Assembly (NCBI GenBank): GCA_018813785.1
Contig: JAHJAU010000081.1
Location: 1-59,687, forward strand
From: Patescibacteria group bacterium
Lineage (GTDB): Bacteria > Patescibacteriota > Patescibacteriia > SG8-24
Reading direction: 5' to 3'
Length of the DNA stretch: 59,687 nt
The notes beneath the pieces are model-generated. The model was not told the origin of the DNA. It did not search any database and saw only the letters and a program-made list of their open reading frames with translations. Both the position numbers and the translations under genes were made by a program. Of this stretch, positions 20,301 to 28,677 are shown one piece after another (position 1 is the stretch's first letter; each line of letters opens with the position of its first letter).

Positions 20301-21348
20301 CAGTAGCTTCACCAGGATATGGATCAAAAAACTCATCGACCAGATTAGCTGCTCCACCATTAAGTCTAAAACTGACTAAGGTTGGCAGAAAATCATCTCT
20401 GGCTGTAGCCCGGATCTCAATCTGCTCACTGCAATAGGCTGGATAAGACACCGGTGAACCGATGCTGACTGTAGGAGGTGTAATATCAACCTGATTACTG
20501 AAAGCCATGGCCCGATCACATAGATATCGATCAGCTTCCGGTGAAGAAATATCACCCAGAGTCGGCCAACAAATTAATCGTCGGCCGCGAGTATCTTGTA
20601 GACCATCATTTACAGAAACGCGATACCAATAATCATGTTCAAAATAAGTCGGATCTTCTTCTGGACTGGCGTTCGGTCTAAAAATTATCCGATTTGACTC
20701 AATAGCACGAGTGCCAACAACTTCAACATCGCAGTCCGCCTCATTAAACGGCCGCGGCTCATCACCTGAGAGTCTGGGATTACAGCGTGTAACCGCAAAA
20801 GAGGCCGGGCTGACAGAGCCGGGAAAAATATCGGCTGTGAATGCTACTTGAATGGCGTAATTCTTTGGCCAACCATTATTTCGTGGACCAGAACCAATCG
20901 GTGCCACGCCAGCCACACTAAAAACACTGCGACTGCCAGGTATTCCTCCGCCACCCGGGCCACCTGGTCCACCGGCACCCTCACCCAAAGTTCCGCGCTG
21001 AATTGCACCCAGTATAAAAGAGGCAATGGCGTAGGCCGACATAATAATCACCAATCCAATAACTCCATTGCGCATCCAGGCCTTGGCCTTATCTATCTGC
21101 TGACTATCGCCACCAGCAGTCATCCACAAAAAGCCCGCATATAATATAAGAAGAACAGCAACGATACCAAGAAGTCCCAGAAATGCATTTATTATTCGAC
21201 CGATAGTAATCCGAATATCGGTCGAGGTTAAACCTAGACTCTCCCCATACTCCAAACCCAAATCAACCTGAGCCAAAGCCGGCAGGGCAAATATTGCTAT
21301 TCCAAACAGCAATATGATCAGAAATGTAAATCGTTTAGTTCTTGGCAT
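11311..21348 (-). CDS. Giant (3,345 aa) multidomain surface protein
   Basis: Single uninterrupted 10,038-nt ORF. Reading N- to C-terminus: pilin-like 2-TM N-terminal module, Ig-like segments, IPT/TIG units, two blocks of Cys-rich repeats, then a C-terminal VWA domain. Motif series and coordinates are given in the findings. Opposite-strand and off-frame ORFs inside it are low-complexity artefacts. Confidence 0.9.
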   Translation of the reverse strand: MPRTKRFTFLIILLFGIAIFALPALAQVDLGLEYGESLGLTSTDIRITIGRIINAFLGLLGIVAVLLILYAGFLWMTAGGDSQQIDKAKAWMRNGVIGLVIIMSAYAIASFILGAIQRGTLGEGAGGPGGPGGGGIPGSRSVFSVAGVAPIGSGPRNNGWPKNYAIQVAFTADIFPGSVSPASFAVTRCNPRLSGDEPRPFNEADCDVEVVGTRAIESNRIIFRPNASPEEDPTYFEHDYWYRVSVNDGLQDTRGRRLICWPTLGDISSPEADRYLCDRAMAFSNQVDITPPTVSIGSPVSYPAYCSEQIEIRATARDDFLPTLVSFRLNGGAANLVDEFFDPYPGEATVFNSSPVDPFEVFEIQDDIYIDARGLETGVPHTLTAVAADGVPQSGAMTGRKFYINPAHCCNGVIDADQGEEGEDCGGECRGCPGSACTTHEDCASGYCNPDTGRCEDRPIITDVTPLDAGPGSLITISGRFFGSRPGRIVFLGAEGEADDVTVEACDPAAWQHNEVIVAVPAAAVSGPLMLITAAGPADRTDDEFGDPVHDFTVTADVLPGICYLEPSVGSSGSAFNIHGSGFGAAIGDSLVRMDGVDIGRGGMTWAANLITAIVPTVLREGIYPVRVVVGGVRPSNPANFTLRLSSSAGGPRIEEIRPATGPVGSYVTILGSGFGNRRGQVYFLPEVGDDIALGLEPICADNWHDNYIVVKVPRTPGLTQEIIEENEGELFVEEGDYQVQVITSVSGQPSNRVGFEVTDAAVPPGMCSISPVSGPPGTVITVQGEGFGTGPGNVAAMGGAFNPARPENSLRFYLRGVMSDLLPRPDYVSMASGLYPAWGGTSLRAVVPGDRGNPATWPVSGPVHVVAENVWARNPIPFNVQNCNVDNTCAEGTTCCRDGSCHTPDDPCQDERNSAFGWLFSTNVLPNYPRVLRRSCVLGVDHPVRQSPTPADRLTNVCLDAQVAVAFTTEMLPESLRDPASILFEECGNGDSLDCSGGELVPIDRATINIAVEADEAGRRTVIAFRPQAGAYPPDDPADPDDLPGNRQLRPGYWYRVTLRSNPGEGFGIVDMDGRYLDGNFDRRPGGDYSWFFRAKQDRTPCEIAGVFVNPGRATIEHQGVPNTVFEAVPTDGRCVELECVAGGGYRIDWSIDGGHISPAPRPPAHPRAHCVYYASGERETPEGESDRLFCALTPDDGELPLRGVSLVRVAFADPTVTKVSPADGCEEACTNALIYAQFNVPMNEGSLTAPGNVQLFECRNPSCNPPFNLIPFAVVADAPAVPADPARGMMRVTIVPRGRLRPLTHYVVRLKGGDETGITSISLVPLTGLNTAGWYQWSFRTVEDAEGCAIGRVELRPNYATLYYVGQRLGLNLTARSRPNTCDPDGLELVADEYDWEWGINPNPVLRGFVSAAGWPLRVDDTTTVDTDSTLPRGCTDRCLMTGSLPNVPACGNGLPAERGEDCDDGNVLDGDGCSSNCLVSGTEPPACGNGAINVGENCDALPDPLAGGALVFPRGCMDPRQDYNGDGRPEGWGCILLGSTAGRSTCGDRIRADGEACDDGNTRDGDGCSRDCLNEGTVQLCTIATPAGELCVSSCGNGLTEPGEECDDGNTNRGDGCSANCLYEGALVGACPPPVPGDPPPMNCCGNGVVEAGFGEACDDGNASNNDGCSDRCLREGSSAFHDTPSFCGDGVLNAPAEHPRCDGRMLGPDGFTDTYQVVMSRDNDTDDPALATSTVTADHPEVPAGQEGNSRVTLACTCGVAVDGDAHCAAIVDAIRLGELPGPLPDEPLGCAVSGCCVAKPRVLSYDPVAGRDDICRNGIISVFFDQPMDSVSVKQNLKVGYYNADGCGEGVEVVRPIAIAEVGGQPRGLLARLWQHVVGFVQRIISPVFGAPAIPLPAVADFCLVNGQVVTPSATEAEFWPSEPYPADAWLRVRVLPGAKSTHGVTIQSNIAHFGTRDEICRVRRVSVDPESDLFSSIEDEHAFTAEVHSDGDMPIVSMPGIYAWNLSWTEQPDGGDLEDGPVSPIVVEDEIPAEEIFPLTPNQARVRVRGSRRGDRPEDYIAQDGKAVVEAAITITESTLGDLDARYAGRSNVVVMLCNNPWPEWRACSATGEVSLPWEQNDGGGLGPAPIHHCAPNSRVWYPFLDRWTNVEFYYCRDGVRAGDAGGLLPYLNIEDPVGTAPADSGRSIVRLTDPAPGIMREYLFTFDPVRSRDGVWRDDAFGLRIAANRTHSGIADWYVDRGFRGSPSSLSVAGYDGLRDGRTVYVNAGAQSGINLFTNVYVMSYSDGASAETVSVFNQILSRLDFNANLADTYICRLNDGSAAHLEDSEDNIICKIDADCPLGTCDVPESKFKHDVRRWADLQNMRRTINQVASPPALREGTFLRSRTYSIWPSWDAVLGSGLRVNLPKDPLNNIAACPVEAGFEADTCWNSTEREFRCGDHSHIYKYSMLSGGVQLNADLEYLNDAGRAASWQFGGETCLDPVDSESCLARGCKWSGGACNYADTKIWLSGYRGIDSCTGVPLGEGAECGNGILNESDVDPEICEVGQRRVGACNVSAEIEGVLRDVEGTREEICQTEGPRACREFIPVNPDPATCEVGYCGDGVIQGSREERCDDGALNGRYGYCSTNCKTLGFRCGDGLPHPSEVCDCGASNGRYYLNGILAGSGVACAGGAVRGVNVDSCSWDCRGPAPRCGDGIINGTEQCDGGIQTSRGACIGTSGDVRRPNGRACATNADCAEDGGLCVFCPTVDQRFTRSCGANNPASDRDDPTACQWSAWACTAPGRCGNGMRETGEECDDGNIENNDTCTNTCRNNVCGDGFVNWAGGELCDDGARNGTRCTPTYGRLCTYCTPACRIGTVSGPYCGDGDIQGPASIPAGPEICEPVLYTPNSSRLCVSTRLQDQSFGAQTGYAICSDASCVLDCADRESEICEIESGLAVIGGSDNLDCPACRAYVIGSGPAPLERCDTVFDPQLREFCVERQHWLVDETQETRLPDSCDPDDDNDGVPDDFDCVKDNATAHPRYLIPDTGIVVPAGLETSCDGIDNDCNARADDALHLRNRVDMVFVIDVTGTMNNVIDSVINALSDLARQVNAAGTGDHRFGFVTISQKELNTLNIRQGPRYLPHSFQDLVSFAEFETALRNMYSFCWRAWDDDVVRPVCDKDPQTFIDWNRDRPRLSKFDPGRDDMGVEASYAAAYALMRPDNDYGWDYGISWRRNAHPYVVVVTDEPPPAGNGLVPVPESALASVNLEIVAEAARNCTLPGCDTAEDYVELFVLSRGGNRGCSNHRPLWESALPEPINEFDTPRSARFVDICRSINADTLARTIFQKVCGEE

Positions 21349-21366
21349 TAAATTAATAACTATCTA

Positions 21367-23607
21367 TTACAATCCAATGGGACAGGAAAATGGATCGCTG
21401 CCAGTGGCATTACAACAAGAAGCATGGCCACCCATATCACAACGAATATATCGACTAGGATAAAAACAATTCTGGCGTGAATCCTTAATACGAGCGCCGA
21501 CAACTGGTTCGTACAGCGGAATTCCTTCGTCGTGCCCAGCTGCTATTTCATCTAAAGTGAAGCCCAAATCGTTGGCTGTCAAAAAATCACGATGTAAAAT
21601 ATTCATTCTGGTAACTCTCACATCACCAATCACAACCGGTCCATCCCCGACACCAATAAAAAAGGCGGGGGGTGGAAGTGGTGGCAATGTTCGGCATGGT
21701 TCGGCCGGATCAGTACAATCCGCGGTTCGATCTTCCTTCTCGAGTTCGCGCGAGCGCAGAGCTATAGTTGTTCTCGAATCAATGAACAGCTCATCATCAC
21801 CCGGAGCGGCTGTTTCATTATAAGCACCACTGCGCATAGAACCGATGCCCATAACCTTGCTCCAAGTTATAGTAATCGGAAGATTGACCGGCACATTTGA
21901 TGGTCCGTCCGGATGCAAATCGTCAGCGTCTGGTGGGGGGACCTCTGCTAATGGATCTATTTGCGTAATCACCGGTTCAGTTAAATCAATAGTCGAGCCT
22001 ACATGGTACAACCAGCGAACCGAATCACCGTCACCGACTCGAGTATTAAGTATGTAATCACTAACACGTGGACCTTCGGCAACACCATTACTGTTACCAT
22101 CCAATGAATTTCCGACCATGTCGAGCGGGCCGTTGGGAGCAGCTGCTTTGGGTGGATCAGTACTCAAAGTCGCTGCCAGCGCCCGAACCCGAATTTCAAT
22201 ATTTCTGGGTAAACAATAAACCGGGTCACCACAGGAGTTAACGCTCACTCCCTCGCACGGTATGCTCGAGATAAACTCGACTGCTCTATAGCGTGGCCCC
22301 ATATTTACCGCGCCAGGAATTGTCATGAACGATTCGCAAGTGTCACCGGGAATCCAACAGTCGCAATCCGCACCAGGCAAACAACGTCCTTCCACTAAAA
22401 TATTGGTCAGACCTCGATCTGTCCGACCACTGCTGGTTGTTGGATCCATCGGTTCATTGAAATAAATTTGAAGCAACTGATTTCGTGGCAATATTTCTCT
22501 TTCAAGGGCTGGATTTATCACTGCCTCTGGCTCAACCGACAAAATCTGAGGTGGGGTTAAGTCCAGGGTTGTACCCGTGGTAAATGGCCAATAATAACCG
22601 CCATCAGCGTTCATTGAATCAAAAGCGTTTTCGACTTCTGGTTCTCCTTCTTCCTCACCTGGAACCCAAACTCTGACGCCGTTGTCACCACCACGAATAG
22701 CTACACGATATGTAACATCAGCAGTGGAACTTCCTAAATAATCTGTTGGCAGAATAACCAACGTCTGAAGATCCTGTGGATCAAACTCAGCCGCGACCAT
22801 CGAAACACGTGCTGTGGGTGGTGCTATCAATCCAGCGTCTGGATAACGTGAATTGAACCGATCATCTGGAACGGATCCTTCTACTGCACCCAAAGATTCA
22901 TTTGGAATTACTTTAAAATTGTCAGTGTTTAATTGCAAAACTTCAGGAATGATATCATCAGCTGTATCGTAGGTTCCATTGTCTTCGTAATCCATGAAAA
23001 CGGTGGATAGCACGAACGGTCGTTTAAATGTAATCGAAATATTCGTGTTTCTCGGTACATCAGTCTGCCCAACTTCTGGATAATGATATTCGATTATTCC
23101 ATTGCCTAAAATATGAGAACTACCACCACGCAATGAAGACAAGGATGATGAAGACCCGCCTCTTCCACCTCCACCCAGTAATGAAGCTCCAGTAATAGCC
23201 TGAAAAATAAAAGCGGTGATGGCATAAGCGGCCATTATGATGGCTAAACCAATCACTACGTTTATCATTAATTTTTTGGCTTGATCAACTTTTGAAGAAT
23301 CGCCGCCAGCGGTCATGTATAAATAGCCGGCGTAAATAAACAGACTAACTGCCAACAACCCCAACAGACCCAAAAAAGCGTTGATAACCCTGGCAACTAT
23401 CGTCCTGATGTCAGTTGTTGTTAAACCTATCTCAGCGGCATACTGCAACCCAACATCAGATGTCGTTAGCTGCGCAAAAGCCGCTATTGGAATGATTAGT
23501 AAACAAAAAAAACATGCACTAAATAACAGCACCTTGATAGCACTGCGCTTGGTACATTTCTGGCGATCCTGTTCGGACCAAACTAATGTCTTAAGCCTCC
23601 TTAGCAT
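21367..23607 (-). CDS. 746-aa surface protein with a pilin-like 2-TM N-terminal module and Ig-like (Big_5-type) domains
   Basis: The N-terminal module is closely paralogous to that of the giant ORF ([57 protein letters not shown]). A Gly/Ser linker follows, then repeated P..G.TDVP.N..I.I.F segments. Confidence 0.85.
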   Translation of the reverse strand: MLRRLKTLVWSEQDRQKCTKRSAIKVLLFSACFFCLLIIPIAAFAQLTTSDVGLQYAAEIGLTTTDIRTIVARVINAFLGLLGLLAVSLFIYAGYLYMTAGGDSSKVDQAKKLMINVVIGLAIIMAAYAITAFIFQAITGASLLGGGGRGGSSSSLSSLRGGSSHILGNGIIEYHYPEVGQTDVPRNTNISITFKRPFVLSTVFMDYEDNGTYDTADDIIPEVLQLNTDNFKVIPNESLGAVEGSVPDDRFNSRYPDAGLIAPPTARVSMVAAEFDPQDLQTLVILPTDYLGSSTADVTYRVAIRGGDNGVRVWVPGEEEGEPEVENAFDSMNADGGYYWPFTTGTTLDLTPPQILSVEPEAVINPALEREILPRNQLLQIYFNEPMDPTTSSGRTDRGLTNILVEGRCLPGADCDCWIPGDTCESFMTIPGAVNMGPRYRAVEFISSIPCEGVSVNSCGDPVYCLPRNIEIRVRALAATLSTDPPKAAAPNGPLDMVGNSLDGNSNGVAEGPRVSDYILNTRVGDGDSVRWLYHVGSTIDLTEPVITQIDPLAEVPPPDADDLHPDGPSNVPVNLPITITWSKVMGIGSMRSGAYNETAAPGDDELFIDSRTTIALRSRELEKEDRTADCTDPAEPCRTLPPLPPPAFFIGVGDGPVVIGDVRVTRMNILHRDFLTANDLGFTLDEIAAGHDEGIPLYEPVVGARIKDSRQNCFYPSRYIRCDMGGHASCCNATGSDPFSCPIGL

Positions 23608-23725
23608 GGAGAGAGGTTGTTCTTTCTAAATTATCCCCCTGCTACTCAATTATATATGAAAAGCACTATAAGAGGTAAGGGGGCGCCCCTTATTTATCCC
23701 CGCAAAAATAAACTGGTCATTAAAA

Positions 23726-24169
23726 CTACTTAAGATGCTCTTTGACCAGCGCACTTATCTTATTTCCTTCAGCCTTTCCTTTGGCGACTTTCATCACCTC
23801 TGACATGACTCGACCGAAGTCTGCCGGAGTTACCTCACCCAGCTCTAAAATCTTACTCTTAACCAACTCGCTCAATTCTTGATCACTCAATTGTTCCGGT
23901 AGGTACTGCTCAAGTATTTTAATTTCTTTCTCCGCTTTTTCGGATAAATCTTCTCGTCCACCTAACTTAAATGACTCGAGCGAATCCTTTATTTTTTTCA
24001 TCTCTTTACCAACAATATCTAACACCTCTGTTTCTTCAAGCTTGGATCTTTTATCTATTTCCGCGTTTTTCAGAGCAGCACGAAGCATTCGCAGTGCAGA
24101 AACTACGAATGCATCACGTGCCTTGACCGAGCTAATAAAATCTTTATCGATTCTTTCGAAAGTATTCAT
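23726..24169 (-). CDS. yqeY: GatB/YqeY domain protein
   Basis: 147 aa. SALRMLRAALKNAEIDK...EEIKILEQYLPEQLSDQEL...GKAEGNKISALVKEHL matches the YqeY family. Confidence 0.85.
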   Translation of the reverse strand: MNTFERIDKDFISSVKARDAFVVSALRMLRAALKNAEIDKRSKLEETEVLDIVGKEMKKIKDSLESFKLGGREDLSEKAEKEIKILEQYLPEQLSDQELSELVKSKILELGEVTPADFGRVMSEVMKVAKGKAEGNKISALVKEHLK

Positions 24170-24198
24170 TCGGTTTGGCGATATTACTGATGATTAGC

Positions 24199-24450
24199 TT
24201 ACCGGCGACGACGCCCAGTACGACGAAAGTCTTCTTCTGTCGCCTGACCACTCTTAATTAAGAACTCGCGCTTTTCACGCAGCTCTTCACGCCTCAAAGC
24301 TGAAGCCTTGCCGGCGTTCTTGCTTGGTTGGGCTGCATGATACCTAATCTTTCGTGCCTGCAAAAGCCGCCCACTATCTTGCACTCGTCGACTAAATCGA
24401 CGCAACAAGCTCTCAAAGCTTTCACCTTTTTTTCTCTTAACTTCAATCAC
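24199..24450 (-). CDS. rpsU: 30S ribosomal protein S21
   Basis: 83 aa. It has ESFESLLRRFSRRVQDSGRLLQARKIRYH..PS and a basic C-terminal tail. The GTG start is preceded by a perfect AAGGAGGTGA 6 nt upstream. Confidence 0.9.
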   Translation of the reverse strand: MIEVKRKKGESFESLLRRFSRRVQDSGRLLQARKIRYHAAQPSKNAGKASALRREELREKREFLIKSGQATEEDFRRTGRRRR

Positions 24451-24558
24451 GGTGAGTCACCTCCTTTTGAGATTATCAGTATTTATTGGTTGCCTGTGGC
24501 AAACCTCCTCTTGCCTGCGACATATTACCCAAAACTGACCAGAGAGTCAAATCTCCGA

Positions 24559-26010
24559 TCAACTCTTAACTATCTTCTTTTTGAGATCGCTAACGGCTTT
24601 TTTATAATCAACTATCTCTTGCATGCCGGATTCCATATCACGAATAAGAATCGTTTCATCTATCACCTCTTGCTGACCAAGAATGACAGTGTATTTTGCC
24701 CCCAAGCGATTGGCGATTTCCAGCTGGGCCTTAAGTGAATTCTTGGTGAAATTACCGGCAATGCGCAGGCCAGCGTCGCGTAACTCTTCAAACAAGGCAA
24801 AGGCCTTGCGTCGAGCACTGTCACCTAACTGTGCAACAAATACATCTGGTATGCTGTCGTCCGGTGGATCTATCTCTTGAGCCTTCATCTGCAATATGGC
24901 TCGCTCAAGTCCAATACCAAAACCACAGGCTGGAGTTGGACGACCGCCCAACTGCTCAACTAAGTTATCGTATCGACCGCCACCACCAAGTGAAGCAGTT
25001 TTATTATCACCATCCTCTGGTATAAGCTCGAAGACGGTTCGAGTGTAATAATCAAAACCACGCACCAAGTGCGGATCAAGCACGTAGGGAACCTGTAAAT
25101 CATCCAGATACTCAAGCACTCGCATTAGATGTTCTTTGCATGAGTCATCCAAACTATCAACAAGCTGAGGTGCTTCATCTTTTAGAGCAGCACAACCTTC
25201 TTCTTTGCAATCAAGTAAGCGTAATGGATTTTTTGATAATCGTCTTTTACAATCATCGCATAACTGCGAGCGCTTCGGTCGAAAATAATTGATCAACTCC
25301 TCCCGATAGGTGGGACGACATTCGTTGCAGCCCAAACTGTTAATGCGCACAATAGAACTAATTCCAAGTTCTTTATAAAACAAATACGCCAGCAGGGCGA
25401 CTTCGGCATCAAGAATCGGATTGTCATCGCCGAAAACCTCAACACCAAATTGGTGATGCTGCCGATATCTACCTTGCTGTGGCCGCTCATAACGAAACAT
25501 TGGTCCTATATAATAGAGCTTTACTGGTTGAGGTAAATTGACCATGCCGTGATTGACGTAGGCTCTGACTACTGGAGCTGTGCCCTCTGGTCGGAGAGTA
25601 ACATTGTCACCACCACGATCAATAAATGAAAACATTTCCTTTTCAATTACATCAGTTTGTGTACCGGCGGAACGCACAAACAATGAGGTCATCTCTAATA
25701 TTGGAGTATCAATGCACTCAAATCCGTAAGCTTGAGCCAAAGCCTCGGCCACACTTTTAACTCGTCGCCAAAACTTTTGCTCCAACGGCAAAGTATCTTT
25801 CATTCCGCGCAATGATTGTGGCATACCTTTAATTCGCGGAACGCTAGCAACTGCTGCGGTCGGAGCAGCCGGCGCCGCCTTCTTGTTGACTGTAGACCTG
25901 CCTGCTGTGACTGCCGCAACTTTTTGTTTTTTTGCAACTTTTTTAACGGCCGTCTTAGTGCCGGATTTTCCTTTAGCTTTTACCTTGGGTGACTTTTTTG
26001 ATGGAGCCAT
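24559..26010 (-). CDS. hisS: Histidine--tRNA ligase with a Lys/Ala-rich N-terminal extension of about 60 aa
   Basis: LRGMKDTLP, the class II motifs and a C-terminal anticodon-binding domain are present. The canonical HisRS body begins near MPQSLRGMKD (ATG at 25824). The open frame extends to ATG 26010. Confidence 0.9.
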   Translation of the reverse strand: MAPSKKSPKVKAKGKSGTKTAVKKVAKKQKVAAVTAGRSTVNKKAAPAAPTAAVASVPRIKGMPQSLRGMKDTLPLEQKFWRRVKSVAEALAQAYGFECIDTPILEMTSLFVRSAGTQTDVIEKEMFSFIDRGGDNVTLRPEGTAPVVRAYVNHGMVNLPQPVKLYYIGPMFRYERPQQGRYRQHHQFGVEVFGDDNPILDAEVALLAYLFYKELGISSIVRINSLGCNECRPTYREELINYFRPKRSQLCDDCKRRLSKNPLRLLDCKEEGCAALKDEAPQLVDSLDDSCKEHLMRVLEYLDDLQVPYVLDPHLVRGFDYYTRTVFELIPEDGDNKTASLGGGGRYDNLVEQLGGRPTPACGFGIGLERAILQMKAQEIDPPDDSIPDVFVAQLGDSARRKAFALFEELRDAGLRIAGNFTKNSLKAQLEIANRLGAKYTVILGQQEVIDETILIRDMESGMQEIVDYKKAVSDLKKKIVKS

Positions 26011-26114
26011 ATTCTGTGAATGGTTGAATTAATCGAGAGTCTTCTTTTTCGTCATTAGATGCTAATACGCCTGTCTGGTGCCAAACCAGCCGCTACTCAG
26101 ACGATAAAAAATTA

Positions 26115-26756
26115 TTATTCAGATGATATGTCGTATTCGACACCCTCAGTAAAAAAACGCATTTTTTCTGGAGGCCAGCCACGAAACAACACCTTTCCAA
26201 CTATAAACCGCTGAGGCACAGGTCCAAAAATCCGCGAATCCATGCTAGCTGTTCGATTGTCGCCCATTAAAAAATACTCATTATCTCCCAAGAGCATACT
26301 CTTCTCACCTGGAGTATAGGAGTTAACTAGATAGTCATTTTCCTCAAGACGATATCCATCGGGATATGCTTCATCATAGAGATAGACCCCGCCTCGAGAA
26401 ATTTCTATATGCTCGTTTGGCAAACCGATGATCCGTTTGATAAAAAACTGCCGCGGATCGTCCGGATAGCGAAAAACAACAATATCACCTCTCTCTGGCT
26501 GACCAAAACGATAACTAATTTCATCAATGATCAAATACTCATGATCGTGAAAATTTGGCTCCATCGAAGCCCCCTTAACGTAAAAAGGCTGAATCAAAAA
26601 ATATCTAATTGGCAAAATGATAGCTAGAGAAATAACTACAACATGCAACAGCTCACCAAAAAAATTTAATGTCCGCCGAAAAAAACTTGGTGCTTCCGAG
26701 TCATTTTGATCAGATACACTGATATCATCATTTATTTTGACAAAATCATCTTCCAT
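26115..26756 (-). CDS. lepB: Signal peptidase I
   Basis: GASMEPNF (catalytic Ser box), GDIVVF, KRIIGLPNE (Lys box), GDNRTASMDSR, and one N-terminal TM helix. Confidence 0.93.
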   Translation of the reverse strand: MEDDFVKINDDISVSDQNDSEAPSFFRRTLNFFGELLHVVVISLAIILPIRYFLIQPFYVKGASMEPNFHDHEYLIIDEISYRFGQPERGDIVVFRYPDDPRQFFIKRIIGLPNEHIEISRGGVYLYDEAYPDGYRLEENDYLVNSYTPGEKSMLLGDNEYFLMGDNRTASMDSRIFGPVPQRFIVGKVLFRGWPPEKMRFFTEGVEYDISSE

Positions 26757-26764
26757 AAATAAAG

Positions 26765-26792
26765 GGGGTCGCGTCTTTAATATCTAGTTTTA
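26765..26792 (+). repeat. Copy 2 of the conserved intergenic motif GGGGTCGCGTCTTTAAnATnTAGTTTT
   Basis: 26 of 28 nt match 435-462. It lies 9 nt from the lepB start codon, on the opposite strand to lepB. Confidence 0.6.
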
Positions 26793-26873
26793 AAACTAAT
26801 AAATCTGGCCGGAGTCAGTAATTTTAAACTAGCTGATCTATTAAACTATTTATGTTTGGGTTGAAGCTTTAGC

Positions 26874-26950
26874 TGGTGGACGATGAAGGATTTGAACCTT
26901 CGGCCTCTGTCGTGTGAGGACAGCGCTCTAACCAACTGAGCTAATCGTCC
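26874..26950 (-). tRNA. tRNA-Val (anticodon CAC)
   Basis: The reverse complement GGACGATTAGCTCAGTTGGTTAGAGCG-CTGTC-CTCACAC-GACAG-...GAAGGTTCAAATCCTTC-ATCGTCC-A-CCA is a 77-nt canonical cloverleaf. Confidence 0.92.
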
Positions 26951-27135
26951 TTAAATTAATTGGAAGTCAAACAAACCATCATAATTTGACCTCGGTATCC
27001 CCCTCCTTAAACAGTCAGCGGACCATAAATGTCCGCAAAGTAAGGCTAGCATAGCACTAATTTTCAAATCTGCAAAGACCGCTAGCCAGGACCTAATTAG
27101 TCAAATATTTAAGCTACTTGTCCTCACAGAAGGCC

Positions 27136-27163
27136 TTGCAAAACGCGTCTACTACCCTATTAT
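27136..27163 (+). promoter_or_regulatory. Sigma-70-like promoter upstream of the LCP gene
   Basis: TTGCAA (27136-27141), 16-nt spacer, TATTAT (27158-27163), about 90 nt upstream of ATG 27254. Confidence 0.45.
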
Positions 27164-27253
27164 GATAGTGTGTTGTATAAAGAAGATCGCTAGGTTAATT
27201 CCAATCAAATGTATTCCTGATGTGATGACTGAAAATTGTGACTAAATGACTTC

Positions 27254-28663
27254 ATGAAAAATTTGAACGTAAACTTATTAAGTAGAAAAATGTCCCCGGC
27301 TTCACCGGGAAAGTCCGGCAATTTGCCGGTAAAATTTTTTATTTCACCACTAGCGGTGGCTATTGTCTTTATTTTGGCCTTTGTTCTAGGTCGCATTTCA
27401 CAGTCAGAAGCTGCCTCACTTGCCTTGGCTGAACTTGATAGATTGCCGCTCCTCGGACAAATGAGTCATTTGATAAGTAGTCCGGATAGAAAGTTGATTG
27501 GTGAAAATGATGATCGCATCAATATTCTCTTGATCGGTATGGGTGGAGAAGGTCACGATGGTCCCAATCTCACGGACACCTTAATTGTGATCGGAATCCG
27601 TCCATCAGATAACAATGTAGCCATGCTCTCCGTGCCACGCGACCTACTGGTACCGGTCACTGGACACGGTTGGAGAAAAATAAACTCAGTTAATGCTTAC
27701 GGAGAAATGGAATCACCTGGACGTGGCGGTGAACTAATCAGAACTACCATGGAAGGATTGCTGGGCATTGATATCCCCTATTACGTTCGAATTGATTTTG
27801 ATGGTTTCAGATCGGTAATCGATGCTATTGGTGGTATAGATGTATTTGTGGAAAGAAGCTTTATCGATTATAACTACCCCACTTACGACCATGGCGTGCA
27901 AAAAATTTCTTATGACGAAGGCTGGCAGCATTTAGATGGTGAGTCGGCGCTAAAATTTGCCCGCTCACGACATGGTAACAATGGTGAAGGAAATGATTTC
28001 GCTCGATCCAAACGACAGCAGAAAGTATTAACCGCACTGAAAGACCAGTTACTATCCTTTAAAACTTTTCGCAGTCCATCTGCTATTGCCAATACACTGT
28101 CGGCACTACAATCCAACATCATCACTAATCTGAATATTGGTGAGATACTGCGCTTGGCACGCCTGGCCACCGCGATTGATCGAGAAAACATTCGACATCA
28201 AATACTCGACAATGGTGTCGACTCACCTCTCGTAGACAAGCTCGTCAACGGTGCTTACGTCTTGTTACCCAAAAACAATGACTGGAACTTGCTTCGCGAA
28301 ACAGCAGCTAATCTATTTGATACTGCGGAAACAGCGGTGGCGGAAGAGCTGACTTCACCACCTAAGGAGGCTCAAGTTAATTCCACAGTGGACATAAAAA
28401 ACGGCAACGGCCAGAGTGGATTAGCACGCGAAGCAGCTGAGAAACTTTCAAAACATGGATTTCGAGTCATAAAAATTGGCAATGCCGACTCATTCGACTA
28501 TGATCGCACTATTATTTACGATTTAACCTACGGTCAGGACAAAGTGTCGCTGAAACTTCTCCAACAAACTTTCCCCGAGGCAAAAGTGGCGAGTAGTAAA
28601 GTAACCGCTGCCCAAGTCTCGCCTTCCGGCGCCAACTTTCTGATTATTCTGGGTCAAGAATAA
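27254..28663 (+). CDS. LytR-CpsA-Psr (LCP) family cell-envelope transferase with a LytR_C domain
   Basis: It has an N-terminal TM helix, then INILLIGMGGEGHDGPNLTDTLIV...LSVPRDL...KINSVNAYG...ALKFARSRH. The C-terminal VDIKNGNGQSGLAREAAEKL..GF segment is LytR_C-like. Confidence 0.88.
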   Translation: MKNLNVNLLSRKMSPASPGKSGNLPVKFFISPLAVAIVFILAFVLGRISQSEAASLALAELDRLPLLGQMSHLISSPDRKLIGENDDRINILLIGMGGEGHDGPNLTDTLIVIGIRPSDNNVAMLSVPRDLLVPVTGHGWRKINSVNAYGEMESPGRGGELIRTTMEGLLGIDIPYYVRIDFDGFRSVIDAIGGIDVFVERSFIDYNYPTYDHGVQKISYDEGWQHLDGESALKFARSRHGNNGEGNDFARSKRQQKVLTALKDQLLSFKTFRSPSAIANTLSALQSNIITNLNIGEILRLARLATAIDRENIRHQILDNGVDSPLVDKLVNGAYVLLPKNNDWNLLRETAANLFDTAETAVAEELTSPPKEAQVNSTVDIKNGNGQSGLAREAAEKLSKHGFRVIKIGNADSFDYDRTIIYDLTYGQDKVSLKLLQQTFPEAKVASSKVTAAQVSPSGANFLIILGQE

Positions 28664-28677
28664 AACAATATACCTAC

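Noticed and set aside
23677-23692. GC palindrome AAGGGGGCGCCCCTT between yqeY and the 746-aa gene, considered as a terminator
   Set aside because: It has a 6-bp stem with only a 3-nt loop and no T-tract on the minus (transcribed) strand. It could be a protein-binding palindrome, but I cannot support either call.
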